NCBI RefSeq assembly: GCF_963921235.1
Contig: NC_086097.1
Location: 6,448,001 to 6,512,000 of the forward strand
Reading direction: 5' to 3'
DNA from: Mobula hypostoma
Lineage: Eukaryota
DNA: 64,000 nucleotides
Both the position numbers and the translations under genes were made by a program. The notes beneath the pieces were generated by a model, which saw only the letters and a list, made by a program, of their open reading frames with translations, searched no databases and was not told where the DNA came from. This document shows, one piece after another, positions 13,087 through 26,075 of this stretch (position 1 is its first letter; each line of letters opens with the position of its first letter).

Positions 13087-13465
13087 AGTGAGGGAGGGGG
13101 TGAGAGATTTCATAGCTGACAAAGAAAACCTTCAACTTGATAGTTTTTCATTATGCAGGTAGCAAACGTGCTTCATGGTTGATATTTCCCAGTAATTACT
13201 ACAGATTGGCATTCACATTATAAATTGAAACCCCTAAGCCATCAAGTCAGACGCTATATCAAGAGAAATGCTAACTCATGAAGGCAGAAAGGAGTTCTCT
13301 AACTGAAGCGTTGTCCATAGTCAGCAAAACCATTGATCCTCAACAAATCAATAAGCACGACAGTGCCTCTACTTCCTTTGGATTTTGCAGAGATTTAGCA
13401 TGACATCTAAACCTTTGACAAATTCTGAAGATGTGTAGCGGAGAGTATATTGACAAGATGCATAC

Positions 13466-14670
13466 GACTATAAGACATAAGAGCAGAATACAGACCAGCA
13501 AGTCCGCTCCACCATTTCACCATGGTTGATCCATTTCCTTCTCAAAACCCATTCTCTTGTCTCCTCCCCTTAACTTTTCATGGCTTGACTTAACAAAAAC
13601 ATATCAACCCTCACCTTAAATGCATCTAATGATGTGATCTCCGCAGCCACCTGTGGCAAGGACTTCCACAGATCCACGACTCTCTGGCTAAAGAAATTCC
13701 TCCTTATCTCCATTCTATTCTGACACTGTGTCCTCTGGTCTTAGACTCACATACTACATCCTCTCCACATCCACTCTTTCAAGGCCTTTCAACATTCAAT
13801 ATGTTCCAATTGGCCATCCCTCACTCTTCTAAATTTCAGTGAGTAGAGGCCCAATGACATCAAACTCTCTTCGGATATCAAGCCTTTCAATCCTGCAATC
13901 ATTTTCGTTGACTTCTTGTGAACCTTCTTCAATGTCAGCACATCTTTTCTTAGATAAGGGGCCCAAAACTGCTCACAATACTCCAAGTAAGGCCTTTCTG
14001 GTATTTTATAAAGCCTCAACATTACAACTTTGCTTTTATATTCCAGTCCCCTTGAAATAAATGCTAACATTGTATTCGCCTTCTTCACCACCTACTTAAA
14101 CCTGCAAATTAACCTTTAGGGAATTGTGCACAAGGATTCCCAAATGCCTTTGCACCTCGGATTTTCGAATTTTCTCCATGTTTAGAAAATTGTCTATTCT
14201 TTTATTCCTTCAACCAAAGTGCATGACCATACACCTCCCAATGCTGTATTCCATCTGCCACCTCTTTGCCAATTCTGCTGATCTGACCTTCTGAAGCATC
14301 TCTGCTTCCTCTACACTACCTGCCCTTCCACCTATCTTCATCTCATCCACAAACTTGGCTGAAAATTCCTTAATTTCATCATCCAAGCAGTTGACACATG
14401 ACATAAAGAGAAGCAGTCCCAACACCGTGGTCACCAGTAGTCAACCCGAAAAGCATCCCTTTTTTCCCCACGTTTTGTCTCCCACGAATTAGCCAATGCT
14501 CTTTCCATGCTTGTATCCTTCTTATGGTACCTGGGCTCTTACCTTGTTTAGCAGCCTCATGTGTGGTACCTTGTCTAAGGCCTTCTGAAGACCCAAATAC
14601 ACAACATCTTTCAATTCTCCTTTGTTTGTTCTGCTGGTTATTTCTTCAAAACCTTCCAACGGGTTTGTCA
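13466..14670 (-). mobile_element. CR1 LINE 3' portion, degenerate
   Basis: VVYLGLQKALDKVPH and LEYCEQFWAPYLRKD motifs plus the CR1 tail. Confidence 0.9.
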
Positions 14671-14749
14671 GAGTGGATATGGGACCCAATGAAAACAATG
14701 CTGGAGTGGTAGTAATGGGGGACAAGGAAATAGCGGTAAATTGAATACC

Positions 14750-15122
14750 TATGAGGAGTTACAAGCATCAGTGACTGAGATTGGAGAGATAACACATACA
14801 ACAGCTGTTACCCAGGTGCTTCACCAGTCACAGCTTTATGGAAGAGTGGGAAAGAGAAACACACTGTTGAAAAAAACACAGATGAGACCTCAGCTAAAGT
14901 TTGCCAGAAGGCACATGGGAGACCTTGAAGTCAACTGGGAGAAAGTTCTAATGTCAGATGATATCAAAATTGAGCTTTTTGGTCATCAGACTAAGCGCGA
15001 TATTTGGTGTAAACCAAACACCGCACATCATCAAAAACACACCATCTTTACTGTGAAGCATGGTGGTAGTTGCAACATGCTGGGGGAATGCTTCACTGCA
15101 GCCGGCCCTGCAAGGCTTGTGA
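14750..15122 (+). mobile_element. Internal Tc1 transposase fragment without TIRs, embedded in a CR1
   Basis: WEKVLMSDDIKIELFG and TVKHGGS motifs; same family as 36815-37710. Confidence 0.85.
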
Positions 15123-16140
15123 GTTCTGAAAGAGCTGGCTGGAGAGATTGTGGAGGCATTAGTAATGATCTTTCAATAACCACTAGGTTCTGGAATGGTT
15201 CCGGGAGACTGGAAAAGTGCAAATGTCATTCCACACTTCAAGAAGTGAAAGAGTCAGAAGAAGGGAAACTATACCTGGGGGAGAGCCAGAGAGATTTGAG
15301 GAAATAGAACGGATACTGAAGGACTTAGACAGATTAGGAGAATGGTCAAAGAAATAGAAGATGGGACAGAGTGCTGTAAAGTGTACAATCATGCATTTTA
15401 GTAGAAGAAATGAAAGGTTTGACGATTTTCTAAATGGAGGGAACACAAAAAAAACTAAGATGCAAAGGAGCTTGGAATTCTTTGTGCAGGATTCCCTAAA
15501 GGTTAATTTGCAGGTTGAGTCTGTGTTCAGGAAGGCAAATGCAAAGTCAGCATTCATTTCAAGAGGACTAGAATATAAAAGAAAGGATGTAATGTTGAGG
15601 CTTTATAAAGCTTGGCTATTGTGAGCAGTTTTGGGCCCATTATCTTAGAAAGGATGTGCTGAAACTGGAGAGAGTGCAAAGGAGGTTCATGAAAATGACT
15701 CCAGGATTAAACGGTCTATCATATGAAGAGCGTTTGATGGTACCATGCCTGTATTCAGAAGAATAAGGTGTGACCTGATTAAAGCCTATCAAATGATGAA
15801 AGGCTTTGTTAGAATGGATGTGGAGAGGATGTTTCCTATGGTGGGAGAGTCAAAGACCAGAGGACACAGCCTCAGAATAGACGGGTGTTATTTTAGAAGG
15901 GAGATGAGGAGAAATTATTAGTCAGAGAGTGGTGAATCTGCGGAATTCTTTGGCACAGGCAACTGTGAAGGATATGTTTTTGTGGATACTTAAGCAGACA
16001 TTGATAGGTTCTTGATTGGTCGGGTTATGAAGGGATGCGGGAGATGGCAGGAAAATGGGTCAGCCCTAGGGCAACATAGTTTTGATAGGCCAAATGGCCT
16101 AATTCTTCTCCTATATCTTATGTATTGTGGTCTTATGGTC
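15122..16140 (+). mobile_element. CR1 ORF2/3' fragment with internal deletion
   Basis: KCTIMHF and AFISRGLEYK motifs; the tail ends ...ggtcttatggtc. Confidence 0.85.
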
Positions 16141-16860
16141 AGGCAAGAATTGAGGAAACTATGCTGAATTTGGACTATTTTGTCATGTGCCTCCAAGTAC
16201 TCTGAAACCACATCCTTAACAATCAACTCCAAGATCTTCCCAAGCACTGAAGTCAGGTTAACTGGCCTATAATTTTCTTTCTTATACCTCCCTCCTTCTT
16301 GAAGAGTGGACTGACATTTGTAATTTTCAAGTCCTCAAGAACCATACCAGAATATATTGCTTCTTAAAAGCTCCTTCTTCTAGAACCTTTGGGTGTAGTC
16401 CATCAAGTTCAGGAGACTTATCTACCTTCAGATCTTTCAGTTTCTCAAGCACCACCTCCTTAGTAATAGCAACTGCACTCCTTGCTGCCCCTTGACACTC
16501 CTGAACTTCTGGCATTGTTCTAGTATCTTCCACAGATGCAAAGTACTCTCAAAGTAGTCTATTCAGTTCATCTACCATTTCCTTGACCCCCGTTACTTTC
16601 TCTCCACCAACATTTTCCTGTGGTCTAATATCAAGTCCTACCTCTCTTTTACGCTTTATATTTCTGAAAAAAAACTTTTGGTATCAATGTTGATATTATT
16701 GGTTAGCTTACCTTCATATTTCATCTCCCCCCAACCCCTCATAGTTTTTTTTTTGCTTCCTTGCGTTGGTTTTTTAAAATTTCATAAACCTCTAATTTCT
16801 CACTAGTTTTTGCTCTATTATATGTACTCTATTTTGTTTTTATGTTGGCTTTGATATCTC
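16141..16860 (-). mobile_element. CR1 ORF2 fragment
   Basis: LKVDKSPELDGLHPKVL and GKILELIVKD motifs. Confidence 0.8.
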
Positions 16861-16864
16861 TTTG

Positions 16865-17900
16865 CCTTGTGTAGCTGGATTCTGTACTTCCTGTCAGATC
16901 ACCAGCAGGTGGTAAGAATGGACACTCTCACCTCTGCCCCCTGACCCTCAACACAGGTACCCCTCAGGGCTCTGTACTAAGCCCCATCCTTTACTCCCTG
17001 TATACCCAAGACTGTGTCGTTACCCATGACTGCGTCGTTACCCATGACTGCAATCTGCTAATTAAATTTGCTGACAACACTATACTGATTGGCCTAATCT
17101 CAGATAATAATGAGGCAGCCTACAGAGAGGAGGTCATCAGCCTGACATAGTGGTGTCAAGAAAACAACCTCTCCCTCAATGTTGTAAAAACAAAAGAGAT
17201 GGTTGTGGACTACGGGACGAATGGAAACAGGCTAACTCCTATAGAAATCAATGGATCTGGGGCTGAGAAGGTGAACAGCTTTAAGTTCCTCAGCATAAAC
17301 ATCACCAAGGATCTCATGTGGTCTGTACATACCGGCCGTGTGGTGAAAAAGGCACAACAGCACCTCTTTCACCTCACACGGTTGAAGAAGCTTGGTGTGG
17401 TCACCCAAATCCTAAGAACTTTCTATAGGGACACAATTGAGAGCATCCTGACTGGCTGCATCACTCTTGGTATGGGAACTGTACTTCCCTCAATCGCAGG
17501 ACTCTGCAGAGAGTGATGCGGACAGCCCAGCACATCTGTGGATGTGAACTTACCACCATTCAGGACATTTACAGAGACAGATGTGTAAAAAGGGCCTGAA
17601 GGATTGAAAACCTGAGTCACTCCAACCACAAACTCTTCCAGCTGCTATCATCCGGGAAACAGTACCGCAGCATAAAAGTCAGGACCAACAGGCTCCGGGA
17701 CAGCTTCTTCCACCAGGCCATCAGACTAATTAATTCATGCTGATGCAACTGTATTTCTATGTTATATTGACTATCCTGTTGTACATAATATTTATTATAA
17801 ATTACTATAGTTACACATTGCACATTTGAATGGAGATGTAACATTAAAAAAATTATTCCTCGTATATGAAGGATGTAAATAATAAAGTCAGTTCAATTCA
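16865..17900 (+). mobile_element. Rex1/Babar-like LINE (RT C-terminal half and tail)
   Basis: GTPQGSVLSP, KFAD.T and TIESILTGCIT motifs; 18-bp tandem duplication at ~17030-17051. Confidence 0.85.
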
Positions 17901-17902
17901 AC

Positions 17903-18455
17903 TCTTGTCTGCCACAGTTATGTCTTCAGAATACTTCCTCTTCTTTGGGATGTATCTATCCTGCACCATCCAAATAGCATACAGAAACTCCACCCATTGC
18001 TGCTCTGCCATCATCCCTGCTAGTGTCCGCTTCCAATCAACTTTAGCCAGCTCCTCTCTTATGCCTCTGTAATTTCCTTTACACCACTGTAATAGTGATA
18101 CATCTGACCTTAGCTTCTCCCTCTCAAACTTCAGCATGTGTTCTATCATATTATGATCACCCACTCCTAAGGGTTCCATTACCTTAAGCTCTCTAATCAT
18201 ATCCAGTTCATTACACAACTCCCAAGCAAGCACTGATGTTCCCCTAGTGGACTGAACCACACGCTGCTCTAATAAGATATCTTGCACCCTACAAATTTCT
18301 TCTGCTGGGATCCAGCATCAACTTAATTTTCTCAATCTATCAGTATATTGAAATCCACCATGACAATTTTAACATTATTTTTCCTACCTCCCATTGTAAT
18401 TTGTAGACTACATCCTGGCTACTGTTCGGAGGCCAGTAATTATCTCCCATCAGGT
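17903..18455 (-). mobile_element. CR1 ORF2 endonuclease-region fragment
   Basis: PLGVGDHNMIE motif. Confidence 0.8.
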
Positions 18456-18489
18456 TTTTCTTATTCAAATTTAACACCTTTAGTTCTGC

Positions 18490-20192
18490 ATCTCAGCCTG
18501 GAATGGAAAACCCTACAAAACTAGTAGATTTGGCCTAGTTCACCACATGGACAGCCCTCTCCACCTGTGAAACACTGTCACAGGAAAGCAGCATCCATCA
18601 TCAGGGACCCCCACCATCTCAGACACGCTGTCTTTTCAGTGCTGCCATCAGGAAGAAGGTACAGGAGCATTAGGACTCACACCACCAGGTTCAGGAACCT
18701 GGTTATTACACCTCAACCATTAGGCTCTTGAACCAGAGGAGATAACTTCACTCAACTTCATGTGCCACATCATTGAAATGTTCCCACGACCAATGGACTC
18801 ACTTTCAAGGACTCTTCATCTTATCTTCTCAATATTTATTGCTTATTTATTATCATTATTTCTTCTTTTTTATTTGCACAGTTTGCTGTCTTCTGCACTC
18901 TAGTTGAATGCTCCAGTTGAGCGGTCTTTCATTGATTCTGTTATAGTTATTACTCTATGGATTTATTGAGTACACTCACACAAAAATTAATCTCAAGGTT
19001 GTACATGATGACATATATGTATTTTGATGATAAATTTTCTTTGAACTTTGAATACCTCGTGCAAATGGATGCTAGATTTCTTTACTTGCAGAGCCCAGCC
19101 TGTTTTGATTGTCAACAACATCTCCTCCACAGTCTCCATCAGCACTGGTACACTACAGGACGGTGTGCTTAGCCTTCTCCCCTACTCACTTTACACTTAC
19201 AACTGTGAGGCTAAGCACAACTCCAAAGCCATATTTAAGTTTGCTGATGATACCACTGTTGTGGGGTGAATCAAAATTCGTCATGAATGGCATATAGGAG
19301 GGGGATTGAAAATCTGGCTGAGTGGTGCCACAGCAACAACCTGCCACGCGATGTCAGCCTTAGCTGCAGGACCAAGGAGCAGATTACTGACCACAGGAGG
19401 AGGAAACCAGTTGTCCATGACCCTGTCCTCACTGAGGATTCAAATGAGAAGCGAGTCAGCAACTTTAAATTCTTTGGCGTCATCATTTCAGAGGATGTAT
19501 CCTATCATAGCTTTTCATTCATCAGTCCAGCACGCAAGTGCCATTAACAAAGAAAGCACGGCAGCACCTCTGCTTCTTTAGAAGTTTGCAAAGATTTGAG
19601 ATAACGTTGGAAATTTCTATAGATGAGTGGTAGAAAGTATATTGACTGGTTGCACATTGGTATGAAAACACCAATGAACTAGGAAGAAAAATCCTACAAA
19701 AAGTTCAGATACAACCCAGTCCATCATGAGTAAAGCCATCCCCACCATTAAAAATATCTACACAGAGTGCTGTCACAGGAAAAGAGCATCCATCATCAAG
19801 GACCCCATCATCCAAGCCATACTCTCTTCATGCTGCTGCCAGAAGGTACAGGAGCCTCGGGTCTCACATTGCCAGGTTCATAAACAGTTATTTCCCCTCA
19901 ACCATCAGGCTCTTGTACCAATGGGCATAACTTCAGTCACACAATCATTGAACTGTTCATATGCTCCATTGACTTACTTTCAAGGGCTCTTCATCTCATG
20001 TTCTTAATATTAATAGTTTATTTATTATTATTATTTTTTTTTTGTATTTGCACAGTTTGTTGTCTTATGCACATTTATTTTTATGTCCATCCCTTTGGGC
20101 GCGGTCTTTTACTGTGTATGCCCGCAACAGATCTCCAGGTTGTATATGGTAACATATATTTACTTTGATCATAAATTTACTTTGAACTTTGA
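18490..20192 (+). mobile_element. Two tandem Rex1/Babar-like fragments
   Basis: KFADDTTVVG at ~19237; two tails ending tttgaactttgaa at ~19050 and ~20190. Confidence 0.75.
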
Positions 20193-20554
20193 AACATCTA
20201 TAGACAGATGAATAAATCATTAATATCATGGTACACCACACTCACTCCATTCTGCTATGAGTGAAATCTGTTTTACTCTCAGCTGGTAATCTAACCCACA
20301 GTGCAACACATTCAGGTTGGTTTAAAATTTAGGAATACTGTGTCCATCATGGATTGTTAATTCAGTTCCAGTGAAGTCCTCATGAACAATCTTTGCCTGA
20401 AATATTGACTGTTTGTTTATTTCCATTTCCTGCCTGACCTGTTGAGTTCCTTGAGTACTTTGTGTGTGTTAGGATTTCCAGCATCTGCTGAATCTCTTGT
20501 GTTTATGATTCAGTTCCAATTTTTTTGTTTCCTAAGTCTCCTTTTACCCATAAG

Positions 20555-21071
20555 TGTTGCAACGAATGAGGCGAACCCAAACACAGGACATAGGCATGGA
20601 GATTGAGTTAGGATGCAGATGCTGGTGTGAGCAAACAGGAGGGAGTGCAGGAAAGCAGGAGGCAGGCAGAACTTATCTTGACACGGAGCATAGAAAGGAA
20701 AGCAGCAGACAAAACTTTTCTTAGCACCGAGAGATGGAATTACACAGGTAAACCTTGGCGCTGAAGTAAAACTTAGAAAACTTATCTTGACATGGAGAGA
20801 CTGAGTTTCACTGATAAATCTCAGTACTGAAGCAAAACTTAGAACACACAATCCTAAGCGGCCGGGAAACATTAATTACCACACTGGCAAAACCAACGAT
20901 CTGGCAACTAGTGGGTGCAAAGCCGGGGTTCTTATGCTGCAGGTCTTGATTAAAACCAGGTGTGTTGCCTTCAAAGGAAATTAGGAGAAAATGGGGACTT
21001 AACTGTCAGAACCGTGGCACAATAAAAGGGAATTAGGAGAAAATGGGGAATTAACGATCGGGACCATGACA
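20555..21071 (-). mobile_element. Solo LTR (Gypsy-type)
   Basis: TG...CA termini with 5-bp TSD ATAAG (20550-20554 and 21072-21076). The minus-strand start TGTCATGGTCC is shared with the LTR at 48188. Confidence 0.9.
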
Positions 21072-22179
21072 ATAAGACAATGAAGTCACCTCTTCCTGAT
21101 GAGACTGATTGGTTGAACAACTGATCAATTACCATTTCAAGCAAAAATATTATATTGAAAATGTGAGATCTGTAATAGAACAGGAAATATAGAAAATTGC
21201 CCCATCTCCCAGGTCATGTTCTCTTTCCATTACCACCTTCAAGGAGGTGGTACAGGGTCCTGAAGACACACACTCAATGTTTCAGGAATAACTTATTTAG
21301 TTTATTTTTTCATACTTCTCCTTGTAATTTACAATTTTAAAAATTATTATGCATTGCATTCTACTGCTGCCGCTAACCAAGAAATTTCATGACATATGCC
21401 AGTGATATTAAACTTAATTCTGTTTCTAATTCTTCCTAAGGCTCACTTAATTGTCTTCATGTCATCTACCTTCACTATCTCTCTGGGCATTTTTTTTCTC
21501 CTAAGGTCACAGTCATGCTGCTCATATGCATAATTTAGCTGAAATGTCTGCTCTTTTTTTTGCAGCTATAATGCCTGTAATCACAATCCTGCTGATCGTA
21601 ATGATCGTCTCTCGCTTGTAAATGTATAGGCTTGTTATGACTTTCTTCGCCCTTGATGAAACAATTTATCTTAATTTTTAAAAAGCCATTCAAGTATGTG
21701 ACCTGATTTTTTTCCTTCCCCAGGAATTCAAGAATAGGAGTAAATTTTCTAACTTTTTATTCTTTTGGATTTTTGAGATGTACAGTATTAATATTAGAGC
21801 GGCTCATTTAGAATAATGCATTTTAACACATTAAAGGTGATTAGACAAAGATGTGGATTTTCTTTCAACAAAAAAAAATGTGGGGAAGTTGGAAATTCAC
21901 CACCTAACTAGGTAATAATGCTGACTTTGCATGTACGAGTTCTTGCGTTTAATCCCCAGCATCTCCATCAATTTTGAACAGTGAGCAAAAAAGAGCAGAA
22001 AATCCCATTCGAATGTAGAATGGATTTGGGCTGTAAAATCCAAATCTGACATCGGTCTGAGTCCAAACAGACAGATCAGTATATGAGTTGGTGTCTGATG
22101 CCAATATAGCAATGTTGTGATTCTAACGGCTTCTCTTTATCTTGTACTGCTGAAAACAACCTCAGTGACAAGAGGAACA

Positions 22180-22480
22180 GCACAGCAGTGTAGCAGTTAG
22201 CGCAATGCTTTACACTGCCAGTGTTAAGTCATTTGGAGTTCAATCCCCATGACTACCTGTCAGGAGTTTGTGCGTTTTCCCCGTGACCGCATGGGTTTCC
22301 TCTGGGGGCCTAAGTTTCCTCCCACATTCTGGGGTAGGGTTAGTTTTGTAAATTGGAATCACAACAACAATTGTGATCTATCCTGAGCACATCTCCAGTC
22401 TCTGTTGGTCATTTACACAAACATCACATTTTACTGTATGTTTCAATGTGTTGATATACATGTGACATGTAAAGCTAATC
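22180..22480 (+). mobile_element. tRNA-derived V-SINE
   Basis: B box gagttcaatcc and V core tgggtttcctc...gtttcctcccacatt. Confidence 0.65.
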
Positions 22481-23188
22481 CGACACATTTTATTAAAATC
22501 CCAAATAACTATTTTCAGGCTGGTTGCTGGATTATTTCCATCAGCTTTTTGCACAGGGATGTCCAGGTCCAGTCATCACAACTGGAGTCTACCTTCGTTG
22601 CAGTGGATGACCGTGACATCTTTTATGCCTTGTCATTCCCTTCACTCTCCCCAAAACATTGCAGAACTACCTTCCTGGCCGTTGGATCTCACTGTAGATC
22701 TCATCTGCCAAGTCCACCAGAACTAACTTCACAGGCACATCCCTATCTCACTGTGGTATGAGGCCCACAGGCTACCCTCACCGAGCTTAGCCCACTTGCT
22801 GAAGAGGTATACCAGGGTTCAGCCGCTGTTGCATGTGAACAGCTACTTGGAGCCATAGGAGTGAACTGAGTGTCTGGTGGGGCGTGAAGGTGAGTGCGCT
22901 TCGCAATCCGGGACTGTACCATACGGAGAGCAAGCTGTTGCCCATGTAGCAAGCTCTCCCTCTCCACACAGCTGATGAACCCAAAGTAGCGGCAGAGTGG
23001 TACCAGTGGTGTTACAGGAGTTTCCACTTAGTGTTGAACTCAGCATAGGACTGCTTTGGGAATTGACACTCTGGATTTCAAAACACAATAACTATAAATA
23101 CGTAAGTTAGCTTCCCTGTATATATATAGATTGATTGTATTTCCATAAAGTGACACAAGGCTGTACATATTTCTGATCATGTCCAAGA

Positions 23189-23460
23189 TATCCTGAAGTG
23201 GGAGGGTGAGGAGCCAGAGGTCGTGGTACATATAGGTACCAATGACATAGGTAGGAAAAGGGATGAGGTCCTGAAAGGAGAATATAGGGAGCTAGGAAGG
23301 GAGTTGAGAAAAAGGACCGCAAAGATAGTAATCTCGGGATTACTGCGTGTGCCACGCGACAGTGAGAGTAGGAATGCGATGAGGTGGAGGATAAATGCGT
23401 GGCTGAAGGATTGGAGCAGGGGGCAGGGATTCAAGTTTTTGGATCATTGGGACCTCTTTT
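23189..23460 (+). pseudogene. CR1 ORF1 SGNH/GDSL esterase fragment
   Basis: VVVHIGTNDIG block and INAWLKDWSRGQGFKFLDHWDLF. Confidence 0.85.
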
Positions 23461-25946
23461 GCCACCTAACAGTAGTAGTGAGGTCGGAGATGGTATTAAA
23501 CAGGAAATTAGAAATGTGTGCAATAAAGGAACAGCAGTTATAATGGGTGACTTCAATCTACATGTAGATTGGGTGAACCAAATTGGTAAAGGTGCTGAGG
23601 AAGAGGATTTCTTGGAATGTATGCGGGCTGGTTTTTTGAACCAACATGTCGAGGAACCAACTAGAGAGCAGGCTATTCTGGACTGGGTTTTGAGCAATGA
23701 GGAAGGGTTAATTAGCAATCTTGTCGTGAGAGGCCCCTTGGGTAAGAGTGACCATAATATGGTGAAATTCTTTATTAAGATGGAGAGTGACATAGTTAAT
23801 TCAGAAACAAAGGTTCTGAACTTAAAGAGGGGTAACTTTAAAGGTATGAGACGTGATTTAGCTAAGATAGACTGGCAAATGACACTTAAAGGATTGACGG
23901 TGGATATGCAATGGCAAGCATTTAAAGGTTGCATGGATGAACTACAACAATTGTTCATCCCAGTTTGGCAAAAGAATAAATCAAGGAAGGTAGTGCACCC
24001 GTGGCTGACAAGAGAAATTAGGGATAGTATCAATTCCAAAGAAGAAGCATACAAATTAGCCAGAGAAAGTGGCTCACCTGAGGACTGGGAGAAATTCAGA
24101 GTTCAGCAGAGGAGGACAAAGGGCTTACTTAGGAAGGGGAAAAAAGATTATGAGAGAAAACTGGCAGGGAACATAAAAAACTGACTGTAAAAGCTTTTAT
24201 AGATATGTAAAAAGGAAAAGACTGGTAAAGACAAATGTAGCTCCCCTACAGACAGAAACAGGTGAATTGATTATGGGGAGCAAGGACATGGCAGACCAAT
24301 TGAATAATTACTTTGGTTCTGTCTTCACTAAGGAGGACATAAATAATCTTCCAGAAATAGTAGGGGACAGAGGGTCCAGTGAGATGGAGGAACTGAGTGA
24401 AATACTTGTTAGTAGGGAAGTGGTGTTAGGTAAATTGAAGGGATTGAAGGCAGATAAATCCCCAGGGCCAGATGGTCTGCATCCTAGGGTGCTTAAGGAA
24501 GTAGCCCAAGAAATAGTGGATGCATTAGCGATAATTCTTCAAAACTCGTTAGATTCTGGATTAGTTCCTGAGGATTGGAGGGTGGCTAATGTAACCCTAC
24601 TTTTTAAAAAAGGAGGGAGAGAGAAACCGGGGAATTATAGACCGGTTAGCCTAACGTCGGTGGTGGGGAAACTGCTGGAGTCAGTTATCAAAGATGTGAT
24701 AACAGCACATTTGGAAAGCGGTGAAATGATCAGACAAAGTCAGCATGGATTTGTGAAAGGAAAATCATGTCTGACGAATCTCATAGAATTTTTTGAGGAT
24801 ATAACCAGTAGAGTGGATAGGGGAGAACCAGTGGATGTGGTATATTTGGATTTTCAAAAGGCTTTTGACAAGGTCCCACACAGGAGATTAGTGTGCAAAC
24901 TTAAAGCACACAGTATTGGGGGTAAGGTATTGATGTGGATGGAGAATTGGTTAGCAGACAGGAAGCAAAGAGTGGGAATAAACAGGACCTTTTCAGAATG
25001 GCAGGCGGTGACTAGTGGGGTACCGCAAGGCTCAGTGCTGGGACCCCAGTTGTTTACAATATATATTAATGACTTGGATGAGGGAATTAAATGCAGCATC
25101 TCCAAGTTTGCGGTTGACATGAAGCTGGGTGGCAGTGTTAGCTGTGAGGAGGATGCTAAGAGGATGCAGAGTGACTTGGATAGGTTGGGTGAGTGGGCAA
25201 ATTCATGGCAGATGCAATTTAATATGGATAAATGTGAAGTTATCTACTTTGGTGGCAAAAATAGGAAAACAGATTATTATCTGAATGGTGGCCGATTAGA
25301 AAAAGGGGAGGTGCAACGAGACCTGGGTGTCATTATACACCAGTCATTGAAAGTGGGCATGCAGGTACAGCAGGCGGTGAAAAAGGCGAATGGTATGCTG
25401 GCATTTATAGCGAGAGGATTCGAGTACAGGAGCAGGGAGGTACTACTGCAGTTGTACAAGGCCTTGCTGAGACCACACCTGGAGTATTGTGTGCAGTTTT
25501 GGTCCCCTAATCTGAGGAAAGACATCCTTGCCATAGAGGGAGTACAAAGAAGGTTCACCAGATTGATTCCTGGGATGGCAGGACTTTCATATGAAGAAAG
25601 ACTGGATGAACTGGGCTTGTACTCGTTGGAATTTAGAAGATTGAGGGGGGATCTGATTGAAACGTATAAAATCCTAAAGGGATTGGACAGGCTAGATGCA
25701 GGAAGATTGTTCCCGATGTTGGGGAAGTCCAGAACAAGAGGTCACAGTTTGAGGATAAAGGGGAAGCCTTTTAGGACCGAGATTAGGAAAAACTTCTTCA
25801 CACAGAGAGTGGTGAATCTGTGGAATTCTCTGCCACAAGAAACTGTTGAGGCCAGTTCATTGGCTATATTTAAGAGGGAGTTAGATATGGCCCTTGTGGC
25901 TACGGGGATCAGGGGGTATGGAGGGAAGGCTGGGGCGGGGTTCTGA
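23461..25946 (+). pseudogene. CR1 ORF2 (partial APE plus reverse transcriptase), with a frameshift at ~24180
   Basis: IMGDFN, SDHN, NYRPVSLTS, LDFQKAFDKVPH and GVPQGSVLGP motifs. The catalytic FADD reads FAVD. 559-aa open frame at 24267-25946. Confidence 0.92.
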
Positions 25947-26075
25947 GTTGGATGATCAGCCATGATCATAATAAATGGTGGTGCAGGCTTGAAGGGCCGA
26001 ATGGCCTACTCCTGCACCTATTTTCTATGTTTCTATAAGGTGAATGGCAGGAAATAATAAAGCAGTGGTGGAGTT

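Larger units (their letters stand above)
23189..26036 (+). mobile_element. Young CR1 LINE, 5'-truncated with internal deletion
   Basis: ORF1 esterase part is joined at ~23460 to the ORF2 endonuclease. The 3' UTR ends in (tttctatg)n. Confidence 0.95.

Noticed and set aside
12563..13135. Glu/Arg- and Ser/Leu/Pro-rich ORFs
   Set aside because: They are translations of the GA-rich tract.
14741..15307. 188-aa ORF as a gene
   Set aside because: It is a chance fusion of a Tc1 fragment with out-of-frame CR1 sequence.
21490..22100. Exons or conserved non-coding element in unique DNA
   Set aside because: Several acceptor-like sites but no coherent ORF; conservation cannot be assessed without alignments.
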